In this document: positions 1 through 8,879 of the stretch, one piece after another
Numbering within the stretch: position 1 is the first letter of the stretch
How the letters are laid out: each line of letters opens with the position of its first letter
Assembly: GCA_963823555.1 (NCBI GenBank)
Contig: CAWGMA010000001.1
Location: 1,184,001-1,248,000, forward strand
Source: Candidatus Eiseniibacteriota bacterium
Lineage (GTDB): Bacteria > Eisenbacteria > RBG-16-71-46 > CAVPCR01
Reading direction: 5' to 3'
Length of the DNA stretch: 64,000 nucleotides
Notes under the pieces: generated by a model
Databases searched by the model: none
The model's input: only the letters and a program-made list of their open reading frames with translations
Told to the model about the DNA's origin: nothing
Position numbers and translations under genes: made by a program

Positions 1-1
1 G

Positions 2-865
2 GTGGAGGGGGAAGCACTGGCCGCGCTCGTGGTCAACAAGCTCAGGGGGGCGCTGCTCGCGGCCGCGGTCAAGGCGCCCGGATTCGGTGATCGCCGGCAG
101 GCGGTCCTGGAGGACGTGGCGGTCCTGACCGGTGGTGTGCTCGTGACCGAGCAGACCGGACGCCGGCTCGAGACGGTCGAGGATCAGGACCTGGGCCGGG
201 CGAAGCGAGTGACGATCGACAAGGATTCGACCACGATCGTCGGCAGCGGTGGCGAGGCCGCAGCGATCAAGCAGCGTGCGGAGCAAATCCGCCGTCAGAT
301 CGATGAAGCCACCTCGGATTATGAACGCGATCAGCTCAAGGAACGGCTGGCGCGCCTCAGCGGCGGTGTGGCCGTGATCCAGGTGGGAGCCGCTACCGAG
401 ATCGAGCTCAAGGAGAAGAAGGCACGGATCGAGGATGCCCTGGCGGCAACCCGAGCGGCGGTCGAGGAAGGCGTGGTGCCGGGTGGGGGAGTGGCGTTGC
501 TCAGGACCATCCCTGCCTTGAAGGCCCTGGCCGCGGATGGGGACGAGGCCACCGGGGTCGCCATCGTGCGCCGCGCGCTCAGCGAGCCCACGCGGCGGCT
601 GGCCGCCAATGCTGGCGTCGACGGGGCGTTCATCGTCGAGCAGGTTCTCGCCCGGAGCGGCCCCGTCGGCTGGAACGCTCTCACCTCCGAGATCGAGGAT
701 CTGACCGCGCGCGGCATCATCGATCCCACCAAGGTGGTGCGAGTCGCCCTGCTGCACGCGGCCTCGATCGCCGGGCTCCTCTTGACCACGGAGGCCCTGG
801 TCGCCGACGTGCGCCGCGCCGAGGAGAAGCCGATGGGCGGTCCGCCCCCAGGCATGGGGTTCTGA
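2..865 (+). CDS. groEL: Chaperonin GroEL, C-terminal part (5' end outside window)
   Basis: [35 protein letters not shown] and IIDPTKV motifs; GGM-like tail. Confidence 0.97.
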   Translation: MEGEALAALVVNKLRGALLAAAVKAPGFGDRRQAVLEDVAVLTGGVLVTEQTGRRLETVEDQDLGRAKRVTIDKDSTTIVGSGGEAAAIKQRAEQIRRQIDEATSDYERDQLKERLARLSGGVAVIQVGAATEIELKEKKARIEDALAATRAAVEEGVVPGGGVALLRTIPALKALAADGDEATGVAIVRRALSEPTRRLAANAGVDGAFIVEQVLARSGPVGWNALTSEIEDLTARGIIDPTKVVRVALLHAASIAGLLLTTEALVADVRRAEEKPMGGPPPGMGF

Positions 866-1105
866 TCCGCCTGGACCGGGCAGCCGCGATCTGCGGCGGG
901 CGCGGTCAAATCCTCACCATTTCTGCCCTGACCGCGGGTCCAGGAGCTGGGTGGCCCGCGGCCATGGGCTGCGGCTGCGGCCTCTCACCCGCATCCCGCT
1001 CATCCCCGGAACTGACGTTCTCCCTATCCGTTTCTCGTTTGACCGTGGCCTGGCGGCCGGCGTATATTGGCTTTGAGTGCCCCTCCTTGGCCTGCCCGCC
1101 GACCG

Positions 1106-1121
1106 TGGCATGGGGGTTGCT
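1106..1121 (+). promoter_or_regulatory. Putative sigma54 -24/-12 promoter upstream of the histidine kinase
   Basis: TGGCATGGGGGTTGCT matches TGGCAC-N5-TTGCW with the exact GG-N10-GC spacing. Confidence 0.55.
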
Positions 1122-1275
1122 GCCAGTACTCGCGGCGGCAACTGTGCAGGCGCCTTGTCCACGCATCTTCCCAGCCGCCTTGAGTGCCGCGAACAGGCAG
1201 AGCCGGGACGCGTCTTTTCACCAAGCTGCGAACGCCCTACCGGCGGGTGCCGGGGCGTGAGTTGCCCGCGTCTGG

Positions 1276-3423
1276 ATGGAGCCCATGGGCGAACTCGCAA
1301 GCACCCGAGATTTGCGCGGCCGGGAGGCCAATCACCCGGGCCGCACGGAGCCCGCGCGCCCGGCGGCTTCTTCGGATGCCGCCCCGGAGGCGCGCGAGGC
1401 CGCATCCGCGATGGATGCTGAGAACGCGGCGATCGCTCCGCTCGATTTCGCTGTCGAGCGACTCAACGAGGAGATCTCGCTTCTCCGCGACAAGAACCAC
1501 GAGTATTCCTTGCTCCTCCAGGTGCTCGGCGTCCTCCATGGCTCCCTCGAGCACGGTGCCATCGCGCGCATCGTGCTGACGGCTGTCACCGCCGGCAGCG
1601 CCCTCGGCTTCAACCGGGCGCTGCTTCTCCTCACCGATGCTGCCGGCGAGCGGCTGGTCGGTCGCGCCGGGCGGGGTCCCGCGAGCGGCGAGGAGGCCGC
1701 CCGCATCTGGGGCACCATTGGCGGCCAGAGCTTCGATGAGCTGGCGGCCTCAGCCGCCAGCGAGCGCCCGGGAGAAAGCGAGCTCGATCAGGTGGCGGCT
1801 CAGCTCTCGTTCCCTCTGGCGGCAGGCAGTTCGGTCTTCGCCGATGTCGTTCATGACGGGAAGCCGATCGTTGTGGACGATGCCGGATCGGACCCGCGCG
1901 TTCCGGCAGAGTTCCTCGCCTCCTTCCCCAGTGCGAGCTTCGTCGTGGCGCCGATCTGTTCCCCGGGGCACACGCTGGGTGTGATCATCGCCGACAACCA
2001 CTTCACCGGACGCCGCATCCGGGAAGAGGATGTCACGCTGCTGGCCGCTCTCGGTGAGCACGCCGGCCTCGCTCTGGAAAAGGCCCAGGTGTATTCGCGG
2101 CTCGCCCAGCGACTGGAGGAGCGATCCACCATCCACGAGGTCTCGAAGGGGATCCTGACCACGATCGACATCGAGACCGAACTTCTGATCATCGCTCGGA
2201 TCTCGGCCCAGGTCATCGGCGCTCACGGCTCGGTGTTGTGGTTGCTCGATGACGGCGAAGGTCTCCGGGTGGCGGCCACGTTCGGCGAGGGAGCGCGGCT
2301 CGCCGGGGCGGCGCCCGGAACGGTCGCCGATATTGCGCGGCAGGTCGTGGCCGACGCGTCCCCGGTGATCCGGCCGGAACTCGAGGGTATCGGGCCGGGA
2401 TCACTGCTCTGCGTGCCGCTCCTGGTCCGCGAGCGGCCGATCGGAGCCATCACGATCTTCGGCAAGGTCCAGGCTTCCTTCCTCGATTCGCCGATCTTCA
2501 CGGTCGAGGACCAGGAGTTCCTGGCGATCCTGGCCGATCAAGCCGCGATCGCCATCGAGAATGCCCGTCTCTTCGAGCGCGTACGGCAGACCGAGGAGCG
2601 CCTGCGGGAGGGGGAGGCCATCCGTGCCCGTACCGAGAAGCTGGCGGCGCTGGGCGAGATGAGCGCCAAGGTGGCGCACGAGATACGGAATCCGCTGGTG
2701 TCGATCGGTGGCTTTGCCCGGCGCCTGCGCCAGCACTTCGCTCCGGCCACGCGCGAACGGCAGGCGGTGGAGGTCATCATCTCGGAGACCGAGCGTCTCG
2801 AGCGTCTGCTGACCTCTCAGCTCGAGTTCGCCCAGCTGTCACCGCCACGGCTCGAGCTCACCGATCTGAATCAGGTCGTGGAGCATACCCTGCTTCTGAT
2901 CATTCATGAGGCCCAGCGACGGCGGGTACGCGTGCAGAAGCGCCTCGATTCCGCCCTGCCTCAATTGCTGCTCGATGCCGACCGCATCAAGCAAGTCCTG
3001 CTGAACCTGTTTCAGAACGGGATCCAGAGCCTCCCCGACGGCGGCCGCCTCCGGATCGAGACCAGCCGGCATGGAGATCAAGTCCATGTCGAAGTGGCTA
3101 CCGATGGTGAACCGATCCCTGGCGACATGATCGAGCGCCTGTTCGTTCCTTTCGCCACCTCCAAGAGCTCCGGTTCCGGACTCGGGCTTCCGGTGGCGCT
3201 GAAGCTCGTGCGCGAGCACGGCGGGCAGATTCGGGTGCGCAGTGAAGGGGAGTGGGGGGCGATCTTCTCCGTGGTGTTGCCTGTACCCGGCAATGAGGAG
3301 CGACGCGGCGGTCCGGACCGCAGGCAGCGCTTTCTCGACCGCCGGAACATGCCAGAGAGCGCATCCGAGGAGGCGAACGCGGCTTCCCATGCGCCAGCGG
3401 TGCGAAAGGACGGTCCCAGATGA
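1276..3423 (+). CDS. GAF-GAF sensor histidine kinase (cytoplasmic); start uncertain
   Basis: Two GAF-like segments, H-box VAHEIRNPL, N-box QVLLNLFQN, G2 GSGLGL; no obvious TM. Confidence 0.9.
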   Translation: MEPMGELASTRDLRGREANHPGRTEPARPAASSDAAPEAREAASAMDAENAAIAPLDFAVERLNEEISLLRDKNHEYSLLLQVLGVLHGSLEHGAIARIVLTAVTAGSALGFNRALLLLTDAAGERLVGRAGRGPASGEEAARIWGTIGGQSFDELAASAASERPGESELDQVAAQLSFPLAAGSSVFADVVHDGKPIVVDDAGSDPRVPAEFLASFPSASFVVAPICSPGHTLGVIIADNHFTGRRIREEDVTLLAALGEHAGLALEKAQVYSRLAQRLEERSTIHEVSKGILTTIDIETELLIIARISAQVIGAHGSVLWLLDDGEGLRVAATFGEGARLAGAAPGTVADIARQVVADASPVIRPELEGIGPGSLLCVPLLVRERPIGAITIFGKVQASFLDSPIFTVEDQEFLAILADQAAIAIENARLFERVRQTEERLREGEAIRARTEKLAALGEMSAKVAHEIRNPLVSIGGFARRLRQHFAPATRERQAVEVIISETERLERLLTSQLEFAQLSPPRLELTDLNQVVEHTLLLIIHEAQRRRVRVQKRLDSALPQLLLDADRIKQVLLNLFQNGIQSLPDGGRLRIETSRHGDQVHVEVATDGEPIPGDMIERLFVPFATSKSSGSGLGLPVALKLVREHGGQIRVRSEGEWGAIFSVVLPVPGNEERRGGPDRRQRFLDRRNMPESASEEANAASHAPAVRKDGPR

Positions 3424-3773
3424 GGAAAGTACTCATCGTCGAGGATGACGCGAACCTCTGCTTGCTATATGCCAGCGAGTTCACGGATCAGGGGTACGAG
3501 GTGGTGACGGCGCAGAGCGGGCAAGATGCGCTGGCCGCCGTCGATCTCTCGGATCCGGATCTCGTCGTCCTCGACATCAAGATGGAGCCCATGGACGGGC
3601 TCGAGCTGCTGGATCACCTGCTGCAGCGGCGGAAAGGCGTGCCGATCGTCATCAACTCGGCCTATCCGGACTTCAAGGCGGACTTCTCGAGCTGGGGCGC
3701 CGATGCCTACATCGTCAAGTCCTCCGATCTCACCGAGCTCATGGACAAGGTGCGGAGCTTGCTAGCCGCCTAG
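3420..3773 (+). CDS. Single-domain response regulator (receiver)
   Basis: VLIVEDD, VVLDIKM, YIVKS; ATGA overlap with the kinase. Confidence 0.93.
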   Translation: MRKVLIVEDDANLCLLYASEFTDQGYEVVTAQSGQDALAAVDLSDPDLVVLDIKMEPMDGLELLDHLLQRRKGVPIVINSAYPDFKADFSSWGADAYIVKSSDLTELMDKVRSLLAA

Positions 3774-3910
3774 ACCTGCCGGTCGGAGGGGATGTGACTG
3801 CCGGGCCGAGCTGCGCGGGCCAGTCCGCGGGGGCCTGGCTTGGGTGCCCGGCCTTGACCCCCGGCGGAGGGGTGTGGTAACTCTTTTGGCGGCCTTGTCG
3901 AGAGGCCAAG

Positions 3911-3986
3911 GCGACCCTAGCTCAGTTGGTAGAGCACCACACTGAAAATGTGGGTGTCCGCAGTTCGATTCTGCGGGGTCGCACCA
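3911..3986 (+). tRNA. tRNA-Phe(GAA)
   Basis: 76-nt cloverleaf, anticodon arm CCACA-CTGAAAA-TGTGG, TTCGATT T-loop, encoded CCA. Confidence 0.97.
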
Positions 3987-4052
3987 CCTTGCGAGGGCCA
4001 GGGCCCTCTCCGCTCCCGGGCTCCGGCCTGCGCCGGGGCCTGCACTTTGTGA

Positions 4053-4128
4053 GCTGGTGTAGCTCAGCTGGTAGAGCAACGCACTCGTAATGCGTAGGTC
4101 ATCGGTTCGATTCCGATCACCAGCTCCA
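4053..4128 (+). tRNA. tRNA-Thr(CGT)
   Basis: 76-nt cloverleaf, anticodon arm ACGCA-CTCGTAA-TGCGT, encoded CCA. Confidence 0.97.
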
Positions 4129-4202
4129 TTCTTCTCGGGCCCAGACGGGCGGCCTCCGGGTTCCGCCGGCGCCCAGTCATCCAAGTAGCCAGTGAGTCGA
4201 TC

Positions 4203-5573
4203 ATGAAGCGACCCGCGAACCTGATCTGCGGCGTGTCCGGTGCGCGCGGTGTCGTCGGCCACGGGCTCGACCCCGTGGTGGCGGCGGCCTTCGGTGCCGC
4301 CTTTGGCACCGTGGCCGGCGGTGGGCCCGTGGTGGTGGGGCGCGATTCGCGCGTCTCCGGCCCGCTGCTCGAGTCGGCGCTGATCGCCGGGATACGGGCG
4401 GTCGGGGCCGATGTCATCCGCATCGGGATCACGCCCACACCGACCGTGCAGAACATGGTCCGCGAGACCGGGGCTCGGGGTGGCATCGCCGTGACCGCAA
4501 GTCACAACCCCGCCGAGTGGAACGCATTCAAGTTCATTGCCGCCGATGGCACTTTCTTGACCGCGAGCGCGGCCGAGGCTCTTTACCGCGCGGTCGACGA
4601 GGATCGCTTCGCCTTTCGTGCCTACGATGAGCTGGGAGGCGAGACCAGCGACGGGAGCGCCATCGAGCGCCATCTGGAGCGCATCCTCGCCCTTCCCTTC
4701 GTCGACGGTGACGCCATTGCGCGCCGCCGGTTGACTGCGGTCGTGGATACGACCAACGGGGCCGGCGGGCTCATCCTGCCCACCCTTCTCGAACGGCTCG
4801 GGGTGCGCGTGATCGGTCTCAACCTCGATCCGACGGGGCGCTTCGCCCGGGGGCCGGAGCCTGTCCCTGAGAACCTGACTCAACTCGCGGCGCGTGTCGG
4901 GGAGACTGGGGCAGACCTCGGTCTGGCCTGCGATCCGGATGTGGATCGCCTGGCCTTGGTCACTGGCGATGGCAAGCCGCTGGGGGAAGAGATGACCCTG
5001 GCTCTGGCCACCCAGTTCGAGCTGGCCCGCCGGGGCGGTGGTGATGTGGTGACCAACGTCTCGACCTCGATGGCGATCGATGAAGTGGCCGATCGCCTCG
5101 GGGGGCGGGTGCATCGCACGGCGGTCGGGGAGGCCCATGTGGTGGAGCGGATCCGCGACGTCGGGGCGGTGATCGGTGGTGAGGGGAACGGTGGGGTCAT
5201 CTATCCGGAGCTCGGCCTGATGCGCGATGCCTCGGTGGCGGCAGCGATCATCCTCCAGCACCTGACGGCCTGGGGCGGGACGCTGGCGAGCCTGGCCGAG
5301 ACCGTGCCCCGTTTCACCATCGTCAAGGCCAAGCTCCCTCGGGGTCAGGCTGATCCCGAGGCGGTTGCTGCCCGGCTCCTCGGGGAACGGCCGGGAGGCA
5401 CCCTGGATCGCACCGATGGCGTCCTTGTCCGGTGGCCGGACCGCTGGGTCCACCTAAGGAGCTCCAACACGGAACCGATAATGAGAGTGATCGGTGAGGC
5501 GCGCTCACCCGATGCTGCCAGGGACCTGGTGGCGCGGGCACTCGCCCTGGCCGGCGCCCCGGCAGGCTCCTAG
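4203..5573 (+). CDS. glmM: Phosphoglucosamine mutase / phosphohexomutase
   Basis: TASHNP phosphoserine motif, DPDVDR metal loop, GGEGNGG; adjacent to glmS. Confidence 0.85.
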   Translation: MKRPANLICGVSGARGVVGHGLDPVVAAAFGAAFGTVAGGGPVVVGRDSRVSGPLLESALIAGIRAVGADVIRIGITPTPTVQNMVRETGARGGIAVTASHNPAEWNAFKFIAADGTFLTASAAEALYRAVDEDRFAFRAYDELGGETSDGSAIERHLERILALPFVDGDAIARRRLTAVVDTTNGAGGLILPTLLERLGVRVIGLNLDPTGRFARGPEPVPENLTQLAARVGETGADLGLACDPDVDRLALVTGDGKPLGEEMTLALATQFELARRGGGDVVTNVSTSMAIDEVADRLGGRVHRTAVGEAHVVERIRDVGAVIGGEGNGGVIYPELGLMRDASVAAAIILQHLTAWGGTLASLAETVPRFTIVKAKLPRGQADPEAVAARLLGERPGGTLDRTDGVLVRWPDRWVHLRSSNTEPIMRVIGEARSPDAARDLVARALALAGAPAGS

Positions 5574-5768
5574 GTGGGTGTGATACCCTGACCCTGCGCC
5601 CAAGAGAGAAGGTCCGTCCGGGATCGCCGCCCCGGGGCCGACTCGAGAGAGCGCCGGCTGGCAGGGCGAGCGGCAACCCGACCCCATCTTGGCTCCGGGT
5701 TCGCGGTTCCCTGCCCGACCCATGGCTCAACGCCTGCGCTGGCGCCAGGCAGGCCGGAGGTTCATCGC

Positions 5769-7610
5769 ATGTGCGGCATCGTGGGCTATGTCGGACAGCG
5801 GGACTGCATCGACATCCTGGTCGAAGGTCTCAAGCGGATGGAGTACCGCGGGTACGACTCCGCCGGAATCGCGGTGCCCGTGAACGGGGTGATCCAGACC
5901 GAAAAGACCGCCGGCAAGATCAAGTTCCTCGAGCGCCAGCTGGGGAACTCCCGCCCGCGAGGCGCGATCGGCATCGGCCATACCCGCTGGGCGACGCATG
6001 GTGAACCCACCTTCAAGAATGCCCACCCGCACCTCGATTGCACTGGCACGGTTGCCGTTGTTCACAACGGGATCATCGAGAACTATGGCGTCCTGAAGCA
6101 GCTCCTTGCCGAGGAAGGCCACGTCTTCACCACCGACACCGATACCGAGGTGATCGCACATCTGATCGAGAAGTACCTGGCGGGAGGAAAGGACGGCACC
6201 AAGCTCGAGACTGCCGTCAGCTCGGCGCTGGGGCGGCTCGAGGGCACCTACGGCATCGCCGTGGTCTCGACGCTGGATCCGGGCAAGGTGGTCTGTGCCC
6301 GTAATGGCAGCCCTCTCCTCCTCGGGATCGGCAAGGGGGAGAACTTCGTCGCCTCCGATGCCGCCGCCATTCTCGCCCACACCAAGCAGGTCGTGTATCT
6401 CGACGACCACGAGATGGCGGTGATCACGGCGGACGACTTCGCGACGACGACCATCGCCAACGAGACGGTCGAGAAACGGATCGAGTCGATTTCCTGGGAG
6501 CTGGATCAGATCGAGAAGCACGGGTTCGAGCACTTCATGCTCAAGGAGATCTTCGAGCAGCCGAACTCGATCCGCAACGCGATCCGGGGCCGCCTGGTAA
6601 CGGCGGAGGGAACGGCCCACCTGGGTGGTCTGAACATGACCACCGAGGAGTTGCGCGCCGTGGATCGCATCATCATCACTGCCTGCGGCACTTCGTGGCA
6701 CGCAGGGATGATCGGCGAGTACATGCTCGAGGAGCACGTGCGGATCCCCGTCGAGGTCGAGTATGCCTCCGAGTTCCGCTACCGGAACCCGATCATCAAG
6801 CCGGGCACGCTGGTTCTTGTCATCTCCCAGTCGGGCGAGACGGCGGATACCTTGGCCGCCATGCGCGAAGCCCAGCGCAAGGGGGCGCAAGCTCTGGGTA
6901 TCTGCAACGTGGTCGGCTCCACGATCGCCCGCGAGTCCGACGGGGGGGTGTACATCCACGCCGGACCGGAGATCGGCGTGGCATCCACCAAGGCCTTCAC
7001 CTCGCAGGTTGCGGTGCTCGCGATCTTGACGCTCGCTCTCGGGCGCTACAAGGTGATGTCCCGCGACGACGGCCGGCGCATCGTGAACGAACTCATGCGG
7101 ATTCCGGAGAAGATCGAGCGCGTGCTCGAGACCGCGCCCAAGATCCGGGAGATCGCCGAGCGCTACGCTCATCACAACAACTTCCTCTACCTCGGGCGTG
7201 GGGTGAATTTCCCGGTCGCCCTCGAGGGTGCGCTCAAGCTGAAGGAGATCTCCTACATCCACGCCGAGGGTTACCCGGCGGCGGAAATGAAGCACGGGCC
7301 GATCGCGTTGATCGACGAGAAGATGCCCGTCGTGTTCATCTGTCTGCGTGACTCCGCCTACGAGAAGATCATCTCCAACATGGAGGAGGTGCGCGCGCGG
7401 CGGGGGACGATCCTGGCCATTGCCTCGGAGGGCGACGAGGAGATCAAGTCGCGGGCCGATCACGTGATCTACGTGCCCGAAACGCTGGAGATGCTGTCGC
7501 CACTCCTGTCGGTGGTGCCGCTTCAGCTGCTCGCGTACTACATTGCCGTCCTTCGTGGTTGCGACGTCGATCAGCCACGGAACCTCGCCAAGTCGGTCAC
7601 GGTGGAGTGA
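5769..7610 (+). CDS. glmS: Glutamine-fructose-6-phosphate transaminase
   Basis: MCGIVG N-terminus, GHTRWATHG, SQSGETAD, PRNLAKSVTVE end. Confidence 0.98.
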   Translation: MCGIVGYVGQRDCIDILVEGLKRMEYRGYDSAGIAVPVNGVIQTEKTAGKIKFLERQLGNSRPRGAIGIGHTRWATHGEPTFKNAHPHLDCTGTVAVVHNGIIENYGVLKQLLAEEGHVFTTDTDTEVIAHLIEKYLAGGKDGTKLETAVSSALGRLEGTYGIAVVSTLDPGKVVCARNGSPLLLGIGKGENFVASDAAAILAHTKQVVYLDDHEMAVITADDFATTTIANETVEKRIESISWELDQIEKHGFEHFMLKEIFEQPNSIRNAIRGRLVTAEGTAHLGGLNMTTEELRAVDRIIITACGTSWHAGMIGEYMLEEHVRIPVEVEYASEFRYRNPIIKPGTLVLVISQSGETADTLAAMREAQRKGAQALGICNVVGSTIARESDGGVYIHAGPEIGVASTKAFTSQVAVLAILTLALGRYKVMSRDDGRRIVNELMRIPEKIERVLETAPKIREIAERYAHHNNFLYLGRGVNFPVALEGALKLKEISYIHAEGYPAAEMKHGPIALIDEKMPVVFICLRDSAYEKIISNMEEVRARRGTILAIASEGDEEIKSRADHVIYVPETLEMLSPLLSVVPLQLLAYYIAVLRGCDVDQPRNLAKSVTVE

Positions 7611-7639
7611 AGCGGGGGGACGGGGAGGAGGCAGCAAGG

Positions 7640-8032
7640 ATGCTCCGACCGATCCGGACCGAGGGGGCGCCGAGCCCGATCGGCCCCTACAGCCAGGCCG
7701 TCAGCGCCGCCTGCGGCGAACTGGTGTTCACGGCCGGCATGGTGGGTAACGACCCTGCCACGGGGCAGATGGTCGAGGGGGGAATCGCGGCCGAGACCGA
7801 GCGTGCCCTCGACAATCTGGCCGCGGTGATGGCCGCCGCCGGGCTTTCCTTCTCGGATGTCGCTCGCACCACCATCTACCTGGTCGATCTGGGCGAATTC
7901 CCCGTCATGAACACGATCTATGCTCGACGGATGGGGGACCATCGTCCGGCACGCTCGACCGTCGGCGTTGCCGCGCTGCCACTGGGAGCCCGGGTCGAGA
8001 TCGATATGCTGGCCGTCCGCCGCCCGGCCTAG
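7640..8032 (+). CDS. ridA: RidA/YjgF reactive-intermediate deaminase
   Basis: GPYSQAV and PARSTVGVAALPLGARVEID motifs; ATG 7640 follows GGAGG. Confidence 0.9.
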   Translation: MLRPIRTEGAPSPIGPYSQAVSAACGELVFTAGMVGNDPATGQMVEGGIAAETERALDNLAAVMAAAGLSFSDVARTTIYLVDLGEFPVMNTIYARRMGDHRPARSTVGVAALPLGARVEIDMLAVRRPA

Positions 8033-8047
8033 CCCGGTTCCACTCGC

Positions 8048-8077
8048 TTGTCGCGCGCGTCCCCCGTCTGCTAGGCT
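8048..8077 (+). promoter_or_regulatory. Sigma70-type promoter of tRNA-Sec
   Basis: TTGTCG-N18-TAGGCT with extended TG, 6 nt before the tRNA. Confidence 0.5.
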
Positions 8078-8083
8078 CCCGCC

Positions 8084-8181
8084 GGGAACGGATGAGTTCT
8101 GGTGGACTTCAAGGACTTCAAATCCTCATGTCGGGCGCTAATCACGTCCGAGGTGGGTTCGATTCCCACACGTTCCCGCCA
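8084..8181 (+). tRNA. selC: tRNA-Sec (UCA)
   Basis: 98 nt; anticodon loop CTTCAAA; 8/5 acceptor/T arrangement; 6-bp D-stem with TGGT loop; long variable arm TCGGGCG/CGTCCGA; GCCA end. Confidence 0.93.
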
Positions 8182-8230
8182 TCGACTCCCGGGCGGCCGT
8201 GGTGGTCGGACCCGGTGGGCGGCGGGGCTC

Positions 8231-8851
8231 TTGCTCGCGGTCACCATGATGGTGGGGCCGCGAGTCGTTTTTGCCGATGACGGGCGGGCGTTGGCCCACC
8301 GGCAGGAGCCCCCTTCCAGTGCGTCGCCTTGGTCCACGCTTCTTCGCTCCGTCGCCTTTCCCGGCTGGGGCCAACTGGAGAACGGGCAGCCGCTCAAGGC
8401 CGGCCTCGTGTTCACGGCCGAGGCCGGACTCCTGGTCAGCGGCGTCGTCGAGTTCCGGCGTGCGGAACGCAGTCGTGAGGCAGAACAGCGGGCCGCCGAC
8501 CGCGGTGATGCGGCAGCCGCCGAAAGGGAATACCAGAATTACTTGGATCGTCGGGATCGAGCCATCAGCCGCTTCTGGTGGACGGGCTTCGCCCTCCTCT
8601 TGAGCATGCTTGACGCCTATGCGGACGCGCATCTGCGCGACTTCGATCCGGGCAGCATGCCCGATCTACCGGCACCCGAGGGGGGGGCGGCCAACACCCT
8701 GGAATCCACCTCGGCCTCGGGGTCGGATCCCGGGGCGCTGTCTGCCGGTGCCTTCTTGCCGGAAGCCGTTCCGCACGACCCCGGGGCCGCGACCCCCACG
8801 ATCATCCTCGACGTCGACGCCCGGAGAGTGGGCGTTGCTTTCACGTTCTAG
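8231..8851 (+). CDS. DUF5683-like membrane/exported protein; start uncertain (TTG 8231 or ATG 8246)
   Basis: RSVAFPGWGQLENG and SMLDAYADAHL motifs; the ORF-track start lies inside selC and is not used. Confidence 0.65.
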   Translation: MLAVTMMVGPRVVFADDGRALAHRQEPPSSASPWSTLLRSVAFPGWGQLENGQPLKAGLVFTAEAGLLVSGVVEFRRAERSREAEQRAADRGDAAAAEREYQNYLDRRDRAISRFWWTGFALLLSMLDAYADAHLRDFDPGSMPDLPAPEGGAANTLESTSASGSDPGALSAGAFLPEAVPHDPGAATPTIILDVDARRVGVAFTF

Positions 8852-8879
8852 CCACAGCCGTATGCCCTAGAGCAGGCGA

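Noticed and set aside
866..1275. Small ORFs between groEL and the kinase
   Set aside because: No motifs or clear SD; the region is better explained as promoter/UTR.
3911..4128. tRNA genes as integration sites
   Set aside because: No adjacent integrase and no duplicated tRNA 3' end was noticed in the window.
5645..5760. glmS ribozyme or 6S RNA in the glmM-glmS spacer
   Set aside because: AGCGCC is present but the GACGAGG core and P2 elements are missing, and there is no convincing end-to-end 6S rod. Kept only as an unspecified structured leader.
5727..7637. Long antisense ORFs (e.g. 5727-7637, 10805-12790, 25696-27681, 49369-51048)
   Set aside because: Shadow ORFs typical of high-GC codon bias, opposite well-supported genes and with no motifs.
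8102..8230. N-terminal extension of the DUF5683-like ORF
   Set aside because: It overlaps tRNA-Sec, so the upstream start is spurious.
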